From an uncultured Flavobacterium sp. (lineage in GTDB: Bacteria > Bacteroidota > Bacteroidia > Flavobacteriales > Flavobacteriaceae), in contig CAUPKP010000013.1 in assembly GCA_963511795.1 (NCBI GenBank), positions 9,279-73,278 of the forward strand: a stretch of DNA of 64,000 bases, written 5' to 3'. Shown here one piece after another: positions 19,086 through 28,141 of the stretch. Every line of letters begins with the position of its first letter. Position 1 is the stretch's first letter. The notes below the pieces were generated by a model, which saw only the letters and a program-made list of their open reading frames with translations, ran no database searches and was not told where the DNA came from. Made by a program: the position numbers and the translations under genes.

Positions 19086-20288
19086 ATGACCAAACAGTTT
19101 CTTTCAATAATTACACTTTTATTTACAGCCCTAGCATTTCCTCAGCAAGACGGCTATTGGGACAAAGAGAGGTCCACTACCAAAGATATAAAGGTTTCAG
19201 CTAGAGACCGAATTGTGATTAAAATCGAGGATCTGCCTGTAGGGACTACCGAAATCGTTTATAGAATCACGCTTTTGGACGAAAATCAGCAATTGGCCAG
19301 CAGTTTGGTTTCGGTTTTAAAATCAATACCCGATCCTACAGGGATTAGTCAAGGTTCTGCTGGAGCTGTTTTTGTTCTGTCAAAAATATCAGGGGATGAT
19401 AAATGTACGTATGCTATTTTCTCCAAAGAAGATTTGGCTGAGCAATATAAAGATTCCGGTAAAACTTTAGAATCCTGCTTGATTCAAAATGAACCTGTAA
19501 GTAAAGATGCCAAACGGCTTTCTGTAGATAAATCTAGTTGTCTGAGTAATGATAACGGTTCTTTGTGGTTTGGTTTTGAAAGTAAAAACTGGATCATGAA
19601 CCAAAAAATTATATTGGAAGTTGTGCCTTGGGTGGATAGAAAATTAAGCCGAGGATGGAGTCTTGACAACCGAAAATCCATTATTGAACAATGTAAAACT
19701 TCCAGTTTGGCTCAAAAAATGACCAATTCGGATAATTTTTGTGTATGCGTATCGGAAAGAATTCAAGCCAAATACAAATTTCAAGAGTTTCAAAAGCTGT
19801 TACCGATGGAACGTTCCAAAATTTTTAAAGACGCGGGCGATGTTTGCTTAAGCGAAACAAATACATCTCCGACCGTTTCTGCTGATTTGCGCAAAGAAGC
19901 TTCACTTTTAATAAAAAATGGCAAATATGGTACTGCAATTGAGAAATTAGCCGTAATAATCAACAGTGGTAAAGCTACAGTCCTGGATTATAATTCTATC
20001 GGGAGCTGTTATCTTTTGACCAAACAATACGGAAAAGCATTAAAGTATCTTCAAGATGGTGAAAAATTGGATAACACGGAGCTTTTAGTTCAGTTAAATC
20101 TTGCTCATGCATATTTACTGAATAACAATTACAAAGAAGCCAAAAAAATCTACAAGAAATACCAAAATCAAAACGTTACAGACAGTTTAAGCTGGATTCA
20201 AAAAACCGAACAGGATTTCAAAGCTTTCCAAAAAGCTGGAATTCAAAACGAGGATTTTGAGAGAGTTTTAAAGTTGATGAAGGAGTAG
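19086..20288 (+). CDS. Secreted TPR-containing protein
   Basis: ATG at 19086 (the track's TTG at 19056 is less likely); signal peptide MTKQFLSIITLLFTALA; C-terminal TPR-like helices (YNSIGSCYLL..YGKALKYL, NLAHAYLL). Confidence 0.75.
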   Translation: MTKQFLSIITLLFTALAFPQQDGYWDKERSTTKDIKVSARDRIVIKIEDLPVGTTEIVYRITLLDENQQLASSLVSVLKSIPDPTGISQGSAGAVFVLSKISGDDKCTYAIFSKEDLAEQYKDSGKTLESCLIQNEPVSKDAKRLSVDKSSCLSNDNGSLWFGFESKNWIMNQKIILEVVPWVDRKLSRGWSLDNRKSIIEQCKTSSLAQKMTNSDNFCVCVSERIQAKYKFQEFQKLLPMERSKIFKDAGDVCLSETNTSPTVSADLRKEASLLIKNGKYGTAIEKLAVIINSGKATVLDYNSIGSCYLLTKQYGKALKYLQDGEKLDNTELLVQLNLAHAYLLNNNYKEAKKIYKKYQNQNVTDSLSWIQKTEQDFKAFQKAGIQNEDFERVLKLMKE

Positions 20289-20325
20289 AATTTGTTCTTA
20301 ACAAAAAAATAGAAAGAAGTAAAAT

Positions 20326-20694
20326 ATGCTTAAAAAATTAAACGAGATAAATACAAAAAAAAAATGTGAAAAAACTGCGAATGCTATTTTGATATTGTTG
20401 ATTCTTCATTTACTTTTTGTTTTTTTAATTTATTATTCTACAGCATTCATTTATGAAAATCCTTTTATCCCAAAATATTTAGCTTTTGAAATTTTTGCTC
20501 CATATGCAAGAAAAGGAGTTATTTTAACCCTTGGAGTATTGATAGCTACAATATTGAAAATGTTCAAGCAGAATTTATTCTTAATTTTAGTTTGCGTACT
20601 TTCTATTTCAATATATTATCTTACGAATTTTGAGCCTGATTTTACAGATTATAAGAAGTTAAAATCTGAATACCGAACAAAGGCAGTAAAATAA
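20326..20694 (+). CDS. AT-rich hypothetical membrane protein (about 3 TM)
   Basis: 122 aa ORF filling the gap between genes; hydrophobic segments. Confidence 0.55.
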   Translation: MLKKLNEINTKKKCEKTANAILILLILHLLFVFLIYYSTAFIYENPFIPKYLAFEIFAPYARKGVILTLGVLIATILKMFKQNLFLILVCVLSISIYYLTNFEPDFTDYKKLKSEYRTKAVK

Positions 20695-20720
20695 AAAGGA
20701 TAAAATCTAAAACTTAAAAT

Positions 20721-21764
20721 ATGTTTGCATCCTACCACAAATACATACTAAATTTCAAACATCCATCAGGAACTTCCCGTGGTGTGATGACCGAAAAAGA
20801 AACCTGGTTTATCGTTTTGGAAAAAGACGGTAAAAAAGGAATAGGTGAGTGCGGTATTTTGAGAGGTTTGAGTATTGACGATCGTCCTGATTATGAAGAA
20901 AAACTAAAATGGACTTGCGACAATATTCATCTTGGCAAAGACCAGCTTTGGGAAGCGTTATTAGAGTTTCCTTCAATTCAGTTTGGAGTCGAAATGGCGT
21001 TCCTGTCTTTGGCTAGTGAAAATCCTTTTTTACTCTTTCCTTCTAGCTTTACAAATGGTAAAAAATCAATCGCAATAAACGGGTTGGTCTGGATGGGAGA
21101 AGAGGCTTTTATGAAGCAGCAAATTGAAGAGAAATTAGCCGATGGATTTCGATGTATAAAACTTAAAATTGGAGCCATAGATTTTGAGAAAGAACTGCAA
21201 TTATTGCGTTATATTCGACAACATTTTAGTTCAGACCAGGTTGAAATAAGGGTCGATGCTAATGGTGCTTTTGATTCAAATGAAGCTTTATTTAAGATAA
21301 CACAATTAACTGAATTTAAATTACATAGCATAGAGCAACCGATTCAAAAAAACAACACTGACAGTATGGCAGAGCTGTGTAAAACCACTCCTTTTCCTAT
21401 TGCTTTGGATGAAGAGCTGATTGGAGTGTTTACTGTTACGGAGAAAGAAGATTTACTGATTAAAATCCAACCGCAATACATCATTTTGAAGCCTAGTTTT
21501 GTGGGTGGATTTCGTGGTACACAAGAGTGGATTTCGTTAGCTGAAAAGCATCATATTGGGTGGTGGATTACCTCCGCTTTAGAAAGTAATATTGGACTGA
21601 ATGCAATCGCACAATGGACATTTACACTTAATAATACGATGCCACAAGGATTAGGAACCGGAGCTTTATACACTAATAATTTTGATTGTCCTTTACAGGT
21701 TTCAAAAGGTCAGTTATGGTACAGTAGTGAGTTGAATTGGGACTTTGATATTGATGCATTTTAA
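20721..21764 (+). CDS. menC: o-succinylbenzoate synthase
   Basis: Enolase superfamily: IKLKIG, RVDANG, SIEQP, ALDEEL, ILKPS, TSALES; in a men cluster. Confidence 0.92.
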   Translation: MFASYHKYILNFKHPSGTSRGVMTEKETWFIVLEKDGKKGIGECGILRGLSIDDRPDYEEKLKWTCDNIHLGKDQLWEALLEFPSIQFGVEMAFLSLASENPFLLFPSSFTNGKKSIAINGLVWMGEEAFMKQQIEEKLADGFRCIKLKIGAIDFEKELQLLRYIRQHFSSDQVEIRVDANGAFDSNEALFKITQLTEFKLHSIEQPIQKNNTDSMAELCKTTPFPIALDEELIGVFTVTEKEDLLIKIQPQYIILKPSFVGGFRGTQEWISLAEKHHIGWWITSALESNIGLNAIAQWTFTLNNTMPQGLGTGALYTNNFDCPLQVSKGQLWYSSELNWDFDIDAF

Positions 21765-21795
21765 TTAAAACGAGAATTGCTTATATGAAGTTTTT

Positions 21796-21890
21796 GCGAG
21801 AGTGATGGAAGTGGAGATCTTTTTTTGAGAGGCTTTTTTTGCCTATCAAAAAAAAGCGGGAACGGACAGCACGACCCGTAGGGACTCGCC
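21796..21890 (+). repeat. Structured repeat copy C (Flavo-1-like)
   Basis: GAGTGATGGAAGTGGAGATC-[TTTTTTTGAGAGGC..GCCTATCAAAAAAAAG hairpin]-CGGGAACGGACAGCACGAC. Confidence 0.7.
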
Positions 21891-21936
21891 TAAATTAATA
21901 AATTTGTTTATTAGGTTATCAGATTCTGTATAAAAT

Positions 21937-21975
21937 AAAAAGGCTCAAAACGGTTTAATTGTTTTGAGCCTTTTT
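21937..21975. terminator. Bidirectional terminator between menC and satP
   Basis: AAAAAGGCTCAAAAC-ggtttaatt-GTTTTGAGCCTTTTT. Confidence 0.88.
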
Positions 21976-21999
21976 GTATGTTATAAAACTGAAGTTTGT

Positions 22000-22557
22000 T
22001 TAATAAGGCAATACTCTTTTGTTTTTTGCTTCTTCCAAAAGTTCGGCTACGGCCAAATAAAAGGCACTGCTTCCACAAATTACACCAATTGCTCCAGCAA
22101 CCGGGGCTAAAGATTCGATACCAGTGAATTTTTCTACAGCTAAAACAAAAAACAAAACAGTCAAGGATAGAAATACAAATTGCTGTACTTTGCTTCCTCC
22201 CCAGGTTCCCCACCACATAAAAGCGGTAAAAATACCCCAAAGAGTTAAGTAACACCCGAAAAAGGGTGCTGGAGTTTTTCCTGCCATTTCAAATCCGGTA
22301 TTTGGAAAAAGCCAAACGCCAACTAAGGTTAGCCAAAAGAAGCCATAAGAAGTAAAAGCAGTTCCTGCAAATGTTTTTCCGTTTTTATAAGATAGTATTC
22401 CTGCGATTATTTGGGCTAGACCACCATAAAAAATTCCCATTGAAATAATTACGGCACTTACTGGGAAAAATCCCAAGTTGTGAATGTTTAATAAAATTGT
22501 GGTCATTCCGAAACCCAAAAGGCCTAAAGGTGCAGGATTAGCTAATTTGTTTTCCAT
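22000..22557 (-). CDS. satP: Acetate/succinate uptake transporter (GPR1/FUN34/YaaH family)
   Basis: LANPAPLGLLGFGMTT signature; 6 TM. Confidence 0.93.
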   Translation of the reverse strand: MENKLANPAPLGLLGFGMTTILLNIHNLGFFPVSAVIISMGIFYGGLAQIIAGILSYKNGKTFAGTAFTSYGFFWLTLVGVWLFPNTGFEMAGKTPAPFFGCYLTLWGIFTAFMWWGTWGGSKVQQFVFLSLTVLFFVLAVEKFTGIESLAPVAGAIGVICGSSAFYLAVAELLEEAKNKRVLPY

Positions 22558-22680
22558 TTTTTTTAGTTTTTTTAATAGTTAGAAAAGTCGAATATAACGT
22601 TATAGTTCGTTACAGGTTGCTACAAAAATAACATTTTATGGTATTAAAATTTCATTTGTGTAAAAAATACAAATATTTTT

Positions 22681-23358
22681 TTAAGCGTCTAAATCCAAAC
22701 CAAAAGTGGTTCGCAATAATTCAATATTTGGATTTATTTCCAATAGGCGATTGTAGCGGTCTTGATCGGTAAAGCTTCTTTTGATGTCTATGCTTTCATT
22801 GACGGCCACTTCAATAGTAATGTCGTGATTGTGCAAATGACCGCGCAAGTGTCCCAAAAGACCAATCATTTCCTTTTCAAAATCTAATTTAGAACCTTCG
22901 TTGGGTAATTCGAAGGTGATTTTTGTACCGTTTAGTTTCGGATCATTAATTAGCAATAAGGATTCCATTATTTTATATCCTTTACTTCCAAGACGTTCTG
23001 CATATTTTGTCCATTGCAGAAGCATTTCGGTTTCTGTAAATGATTCAGTTGGAAGTATAGTGTTGTCTTCTTTAACAAATCCTTTTAAATTTTCTTCTAA
23101 AGCTTTTTTAGCTCGAATACTGGAAAGTGATAATGCTGAAAACTTGGTTTCGTTGCTTGGAGGAGCTGAAACTACTGGATTTGGAGTTTTCGGTTTTTCC
23201 TCTATTGGTGCAACAGGTTTAGCAATTTCAGTGTTTGAAACTGTTTTTGGAGTTTCTGGAGTAACAGGAATTTGGCTTTTCTCTTTTGAAACTTCAGCTA
23301 TCGAATAATCTGCAGTTTTTCTAAAATAAGTGGGTGGAATTATAAATTGCTCAACTTT
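22681..23358 (-). CDS. dnaX: C-terminal part of DNA polymerase III tau, reached by a -1 shift from dnaX
   Basis: The -1 frame is open from the A10 run (KVEQFIIPPTYFRK...P/T/E-rich linker...EMLLQW) to the stop at 22681; the track's 114 aa ORF is its distal end. Confidence 0.8.
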   Translation of the reverse strand, partial: KVEQFIIPPTYFRKTADYSIAEVSKEKSQIPVTPETPKTVSNTEIAKPVAPIEEKPKTPNPVVSAPPSNETKFSALSLSSIRAKKALEENLKGFVKEDNTILPTESFTETEMLLQWTKYAERLGSKGYKIMESLLLINDPKLNGTKITFELPNEGSKLDFEKEMIGLLGHLRGHLHNHDITIEVAVNESIDIKRSFTDQDRYNRLLEINPNIELLRTTFGLDLDA

Positions 23359-24425
23359 TTTTTTTCTCCATCATAAGAGATAGAGGCAAGCTGCATTAAG
23401 CAAAGTTCGACAAGCAGTCGCTGATTCTGGCTTGCTTTGTATTTTAAATCGCAATCATTTGCAATTTCGATTCCTTTTAATAAAAAGTCCTGACTGCATT
23501 TTTGGGCTTGAATTCCATACATTTTTTGAGCTTGCTCGCCAACTTCCAATAAAACAAGGGTTGAAGGTGTTTTGCTTACCAATAAATCTCTGAAATGACT
23601 GGCTAATCCAGAAACAAAGTGATGGCTGTCGAAGCCTTTTGCAAGAATATCATTAAACGCCATCAATAAGTCCGGGATTTTATTTTCCAGAATTAAATCG
23701 GTAACATTTATGTATGTTTCGTAATCTAAAACATTTAAGTTCTCGGTAACAGCCTGACGGGTTAGGTTATTTCCGCAAAAAGAAACCACTCTGTCAAAAA
23801 TAGACAAAGCATCGCGCATGGCGCCATCTGCCTTTTGGGCAATAATATGAAGCGCGTCATCTTCAAAAGCGACTCCTTGACTTGTTGCAACATCGGCAAG
23901 ATGTTCTTTAGCATCTTTTACGGTAATTCTTTTGAAATCAAATATCTGGCAACGCGATAATATCGTTGGTATAATCTTGTGTTTTTCGGTGGTTGCTAAT
24001 ATAAAAATGGCATGTTTTGGCGGTTCTTCCAATGTTTTCAAAAAAGCATTAAAAGCCGCAGAAGATAACATATGCACCTCGTCAATGATATATACTTTGT
24101 ATTGTCCTGTTTGTGGAGGAATACGAACTTGATCAATTAAATTTCGAATATCATCTACGGAATTATTAGATGCAGCATCGAGTTCGAATACATTAAAAGC
24201 AAAATCTTCATTTGGATCATCATATCCTGGCTGATTTATTTTTCGAGCCAGAATACGGGCGCAGGTTGTTTTTCCGACACCACGAGGACCTGTGAATAAA
24301 AGAGCTGAAGCTAAATGATTGCTTTCTATGGCATTAAGTAAAGTATTGGTAATCGCTTTTTGTCCCACCACATCTTTAAATGTCTGGGGACGATATTTAC
24401 GAGCCGATACTACAAATTGTTCCAT
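23340..24425 (-). CDS. dnaX: DNA polymerase III subunit gamma/tau, zero-frame (gamma-length) product
   Basis: ARKYRP, GPRGVGKTT, ELDAASN, IIDEVHML, TILSRC; ends DGEKKKLSNL* at 361 aa. Confidence 0.97.
   Translation of the reverse strand: MEQFVVSARKYRPQTFKDVVGQKAITNTLLNAIESNHLASALLFTGPRGVGKTTCARILARKINQPGYDDPNEDFAFNVFELDAASNNSVDDIRNLIDQVRIPPQTGQYKVYIIDEVHMLSSAAFNAFLKTLEEPPKHAIFILATTEKHKIIPTILSRCQIFDFKRITVKDAKEHLADVATSQGVAFEDDALHIIAQKADGAMRDALSIFDRVVSFCGNNLTRQAVTENLNVLDYETYINVTDLILENKIPDLLMAFNDILAKGFDSHHFVSGLASHFRDLLVSKTPSTLVLLEVGEQAQKMYGIQAQKCSQDFLLKGIEIANDCDLKYKASQNQRLLVELCLMQLASISYDGEKKKLSNL
23356..23365 (-). other. Slippery site: A10 run containing in-frame A_AAA_AAG
   Basis: Minus strand GGA GAA AAA AAA AAG TTG AGC AAT TTA TAA. 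Confidence 0.75.
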
Positions 24426-24444
24426 GTTTTTCTTTATTCGAAAG

Positions 24445-24475
24445 CAAATATAGGATTTGAAAATTCAAAAAACAA
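24445..24475 (-). promoter_or_regulatory. Bacteroidota sigma-A promoter of dnaX
   Basis: TTG-N20-TATATTTG on the minus strand, ending 19 bp before the ATG. Confidence 0.75.
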
Positions 24476-24602
24476 GTTCCGAAATTTTAATTTTTTTCAG
24501 TTGTTGATTTCCAATAAAATATAAGATAATTCGCTTTTTAGTGATTACATTTATGTATTTTCACGGAACTTTTATTTCCTGTGTTTATAAACTGGCTTTT
24601 AT

Positions 24603-25736
24603 ATGAATGTTTCAAAGAGAATTGTAATTGTCGGAGGAGGATTAGCTGGACTTACAGCAGCTATACATTTGTCTAAAATTGGATTAAAAGTAATTTTAAT
24701 TGAAAAAAACGAATATCCAAAGCATAAAGTATGCGGAGAGTATATTTCAAACGAAATTTTGCCATACTTTAATTGGCTTTCACTAGATATTTCTGAATTA
24801 AATCCTACTCAAATTTCAAAACTGGATTTCTCAACTGCTGATGGGAAAAGGATTCACTGTGATTTACCGCTTGGCGGTTTTGGAGTGAGCCGTTATGCTT
24901 TGGATGATTTTCTTTATAAAAAAGCAATACAAAATGGCTGTGAAATTATTCAGGACAGTGTGGATGATATTGTTTATAAAAATGAGATTCATACAATTTC
25001 GACTTTAAGCAATGGAATTTTTACTTCGGAAATTGTGATTGGAGCTTTTGGGAAACGATCTATTATTGATCTAAAATTAAAAAGAGAATTTATTCAAAAA
25101 AAATCGTATTGGCTGGCTGTGAAAGCTCATTATTCGGGTGTTTTTCCAAATGATTTAGTTGGACTGCATAATTTTGAAGGAGGATATTGCGGGGTTTCAA
25201 AAGTAGAAAATGATGCAGTGAATATTTGTTATCTGGCCAGTTATGACTCTTTCAAAAAATATAAAAATACAGATGAGTATCAAAATCATGTTGTTGCTGT
25301 AAATCCGCATTTAAAATCGATTTTTGAAAATAGTAAAATGATTTTTGAAGCGCCGTTAACTATTAGTCAAGTGTCATTTGATAAAAAAAACTTGATAGAA
25401 AATCATATTCTGATGATTGGAGATACTGCGGGTTTAATTCATCCTTTGTGCGGAAACGGTATGGCTATGGCGATTCATAGTGCAAAAATTATTTCTGAAT
25501 TGATAGGAAAATTTTATAACAATGAAATAAAATCGAGAGAAAAATTGGAAAAGAGATATTTAAAGGAATGGAACTTGAATTTTAAAATAAGGTTAAGAAT
25601 GGGGCGATTTTTAGTATTTATATTGCAAAAACAAAAAACTAGTGCTTTTTTGATGAAAATAATGATTAAATTCCCAAAGTTATTGCCAATTATAATAAAA
25701 CGAACTCACGGTCAGTTATTAGTTATGAATGAATAG
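24603..25736 (+). CDS. FAD-dependent oxidoreductase (geranylgeranyl-reductase/aromatic hydroxylase superfamily)
   Basis: IVGGGLAG...IEK Rossmann motif, HKVCGE, IGDTAGLIHPLCGNGM. Confidence 0.88.
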   Translation: MNVSKRIVIVGGGLAGLTAAIHLSKIGLKVILIEKNEYPKHKVCGEYISNEILPYFNWLSLDISELNPTQISKLDFSTADGKRIHCDLPLGGFGVSRYALDDFLYKKAIQNGCEIIQDSVDDIVYKNEIHTISTLSNGIFTSEIVIGAFGKRSIIDLKLKREFIQKKSYWLAVKAHYSGVFPNDLVGLHNFEGGYCGVSKVENDAVNICYLASYDSFKKYKNTDEYQNHVVAVNPHLKSIFENSKMIFEAPLTISQVSFDKKNLIENHILMIGDTAGLIHPLCGNGMAMAIHSAKIISELIGKFYNNEIKSREKLEKRYLKEWNLNFKIRLRMGRFLVFILQKQKTSAFLMKIMIKFPKLLPIIIKRTHGQLLVMNE

Positions 25737-25781
25737 CAAAATAAAATTTTCAGATTATAATATGGACAAATAAAAAGATAG

Positions 25782-26492
25782 ATGTTTATACAAACCAAGC
25801 ATAGAACTGATGATCCAGAAATAATGGATGATTTTGATTTGGAAGGTGATGTTTTGAAAGAATCACTTGACAAAATCGCAAAAATAAATCAGCTTTTGGG
25901 AGGGAATAAACTGACTTTAAAAGGCGTCAAGAAATTGCTTAAAAAAGTTCCTAATCTAAGTCTGATTACCATAGTTGATGTAGGCTGCGGTAATGGAGAT
26001 ATGCTGCGTAAATTAGCTGACTTTGGTTTTGAAAATAATTTAAGTTTGGAATTAATAGGTATTGATGCTAATGATTTTACTGTAAATTATGCAGTTGATT
26101 TGTCTATAAAATATCCAAATATCACATATAGATGTCAAGATATTTTTGACGAATCTTTCAGTGAGATAAAATATGATATTGTACTGTGTACATTAACGTT
26201 GCATCATTTTAAAAATAACGAAATTAACAAGTTGCTAACTGTTTTTTATGCTAATTCAAAACTTGGCTTCGTTGTCAATGATTTACACCGAAGTATTATT
26301 GCATATCGATTGTTTCAAGCGGTTTGTTTTGTATTTCAACTGAATGAAATGTCGCGGAAAGATGGATTGACTTCTATTTTGAGAGGATTTAAAAAGCATG
26401 AATTAATTGCGTTTTCAGAAAATTTAAAATTTAAAAAATATAGTATTCAATGGAAGTGGGCATTCCGATATCAATGGATAATTGAAAAATAA
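25782..26492 (+). CDS. SAM-dependent methyltransferase
   Basis: VDVGCGNG, IGIDAN, LTLHHF. Confidence 0.9.
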   Translation: MFIQTKHRTDDPEIMDDFDLEGDVLKESLDKIAKINQLLGGNKLTLKGVKKLLKKVPNLSLITIVDVGCGNGDMLRKLADFGFENNLSLELIGIDANDFTVNYAVDLSIKYPNITYRCQDIFDESFSEIKYDIVLCTLTLHHFKNNEINKLLTVFYANSKLGFVVNDLHRSIIAYRLFQAVCFVFQLNEMSRKDGLTSILRGFKKHELIAFSENLKFKKYSIQWKWAFRYQWIIEK

Positions 26493-26540
26493 AACAGGTT
26501 TAGATTTTATTGATTTCAAATATAACTATCAAATGAAATT

Positions 26541-27593
26541 ATGAGCGTAAAAATAAAATGTGTTGCTAAGCAATTGCCGAAGTTTTCAAGAACTACTGAG
26601 GAGATTCTTCCATTTTTGGATGTTTGGTTAGAAGGGCAGGAAGAACGTTTTATTCGAAAAGTAAAGAAAATATTTGAGGGAGCAGAGGTAGATAAGCGTT
26701 ATTCTATAATGGATCCGATTTCGGTTTTTGAAAACACTTCATTTGAACAGAAAAATGATATTTATATCAGGGAAGTAATTGATTTAGGAGAGAAAGTCTT
26801 GGATAAGGCTTTAAAAAAAGCGCTGTGGCAGCCAGAGGATTTGGATTATATCATCACGGTAAGCTGTACAGGCATTATGATTCCTTCTTTAGACGCTTAT
26901 TTGATTAACAGTTTGAAACTCCGTCAGGATATAGTAAGGCTGCCGGTTACAGAAATGGGTTGTGCGGCAGGAATTTCGGGGATTATATATGCAAAGAATT
27001 TTCTTAAGGCTAATCCTGGTAAAAAAGCGGCTGTTATTGCTATCGAAAGTCCGACAGCTACGTTTCAATTGGATGATTTTTCGATGGCAAATATTGTAAG
27101 CGCTGCTATTTTTGGTGATGGAGCAGCTTGTGTTTTACTTTCGTCAGTGGAAGAGGAAGAAGGTGTGGAAATTTTAGATGAAGAGATGTATCATTTTTAT
27201 AACAAAATTGATATGATGGGTTTTAAACTTACTAATTCAGGGTTGCAGATGATTTTAGATATTGAAGTTCCAGAAACTATTGCTTCTCACTTCGATGCTA
27301 TTGTGCATCCTTTTCTGCAAAAAAATAATTTAGAGATAGCAGATATTAGTCACTTGATTTTTCATCCGGGAGGAAAAAAAATTATACAAATCGTCGAAGA
27401 ACTGTTTTCTGGCTATGGAAAAAATATTGATGATACTAAAGAAGTTTTAAAACTATACGGCAATATGTCCAGTGCGACTGTATTGTATGTTTTAGAGCGA
27501 TTTATGGATAAAAATCCTGAAAAAGGTTCTAAGGGCTTGATGCTGAGTTTTGGTCCGGGATTTTCGGCTCAAAGAGTTTTATTGCAGTTTTAG
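26541..27593 (+). CDS. Type III polyketide synthase (chalcone/stilbene synthase family)
   Basis: Catalytic triad EMGCAAG (Cys), IFHPGG (His), YGNMSS (Asn); FGDGAA, SFGPGF. Confidence 0.95.
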   Translation: MSVKIKCVAKQLPKFSRTTEEILPFLDVWLEGQEERFIRKVKKIFEGAEVDKRYSIMDPISVFENTSFEQKNDIYIREVIDLGEKVLDKALKKALWQPEDLDYIITVSCTGIMIPSLDAYLINSLKLRQDIVRLPVTEMGCAAGISGIIYAKNFLKANPGKKAAVIAIESPTATFQLDDFSMANIVSAAIFGDGAACVLLSSVEEEEGVEILDEEMYHFYNKIDMMGFKLTNSGLQMILDIEVPETIASHFDAIVHPFLQKNNLEIADISHLIFHPGGKKIIQIVEELFSGYGKNIDDTKEVLKLYGNMSSATVLYVLERFMDKNPEKGSKGLMLSFGPGFSAQRVLLQF

Positions 27594-27612
27594 AATGAAT
27601 TTTAGTTGAAAG

Positions 27613-28044
27613 ATGGAAAAAATAGATATAATTTCAAGATTGCCTTATTCCAAACCGTTTTTGTTTGTTGATGAAATAATAAGGATTGATGAAGATGGAG
27701 TGGAAGGTGAGTTTACTTTTGATGAGAATCTTGATTTTTATAAAGGTCATTTCAAAGAGAATCCAGTTACGCCGGGAGTAATTCTAACGGAGGTTATGGC
27801 TCAGATTGGGCTAGTTTGTCTGGGTATTTTTTTGTTGAATGATGAATTTAGTAAAATATCAGTAATTGCCTTAACATCAGTTGCTATTGATTTTTTAAAA
27901 CCTGTTTTTCCAAACGAAAAAGTAACTGTGATTTCTGAAAAAATCTATTTTAGATTTGGAAAATTAAAATGCAAGGTAAGCATGAAAAATGAAAAGGATG
28001 AAATAGTCTGCAGCGGTGTAATTGCTGGAATTATGACATTTTAA
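27613..28044 (+). CDS. FabA/FabZ-like 3-hydroxyacyl-ACP dehydratase
   Basis: LPY..PFLFVD, GHF...PV.PGV...E.MAQ. Confidence 0.9.
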   Translation: MEKIDIISRLPYSKPFLFVDEIIRIDEDGVEGEFTFDENLDFYKGHFKENPVTPGVILTEVMAQIGLVCLGIFLLNDEFSKISVIALTSVAIDFLKPVFPNEKVTVISEKIYFRFGKLKCKVSMKNEKDEIVCSGVIAGIMTF

Positions 28045-28141
28045 TATTTAAATCTATAAAAGAAAGCAGCAATAGTTAATCTGAGTATTATTTAAAATTG
28101 CCATTGAAATTGCAGTTGATATTAAAAATTACAATATAAAA

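Noticed and set aside
18983-19204. 73 aa ORF upstream of the TPR gene
   Set aside because: Starts inside the structured repeat and overlaps the TPR gene out of frame
20355-20364. A10 run in the 5' end of a small membrane-protein gene as a phase-variation switch
   Set aside because: The ORF is intact, A-runs are common at this AT content, and there is no alternative-frame evidence
22901-23308. 135 aa plus-strand ORF in the apparent gap after dnaX
   Set aside because: It is the antisense shadow of the open -1 frame encoding the tau linker
23340-24425. dnaX as a pseudogene
   Set aside because: Essential gene with an intact promoter, and both frames are clean with the break exactly at a classic slippery site; recoding is more likely, although a homopolymer sequencing error cannot be excluded
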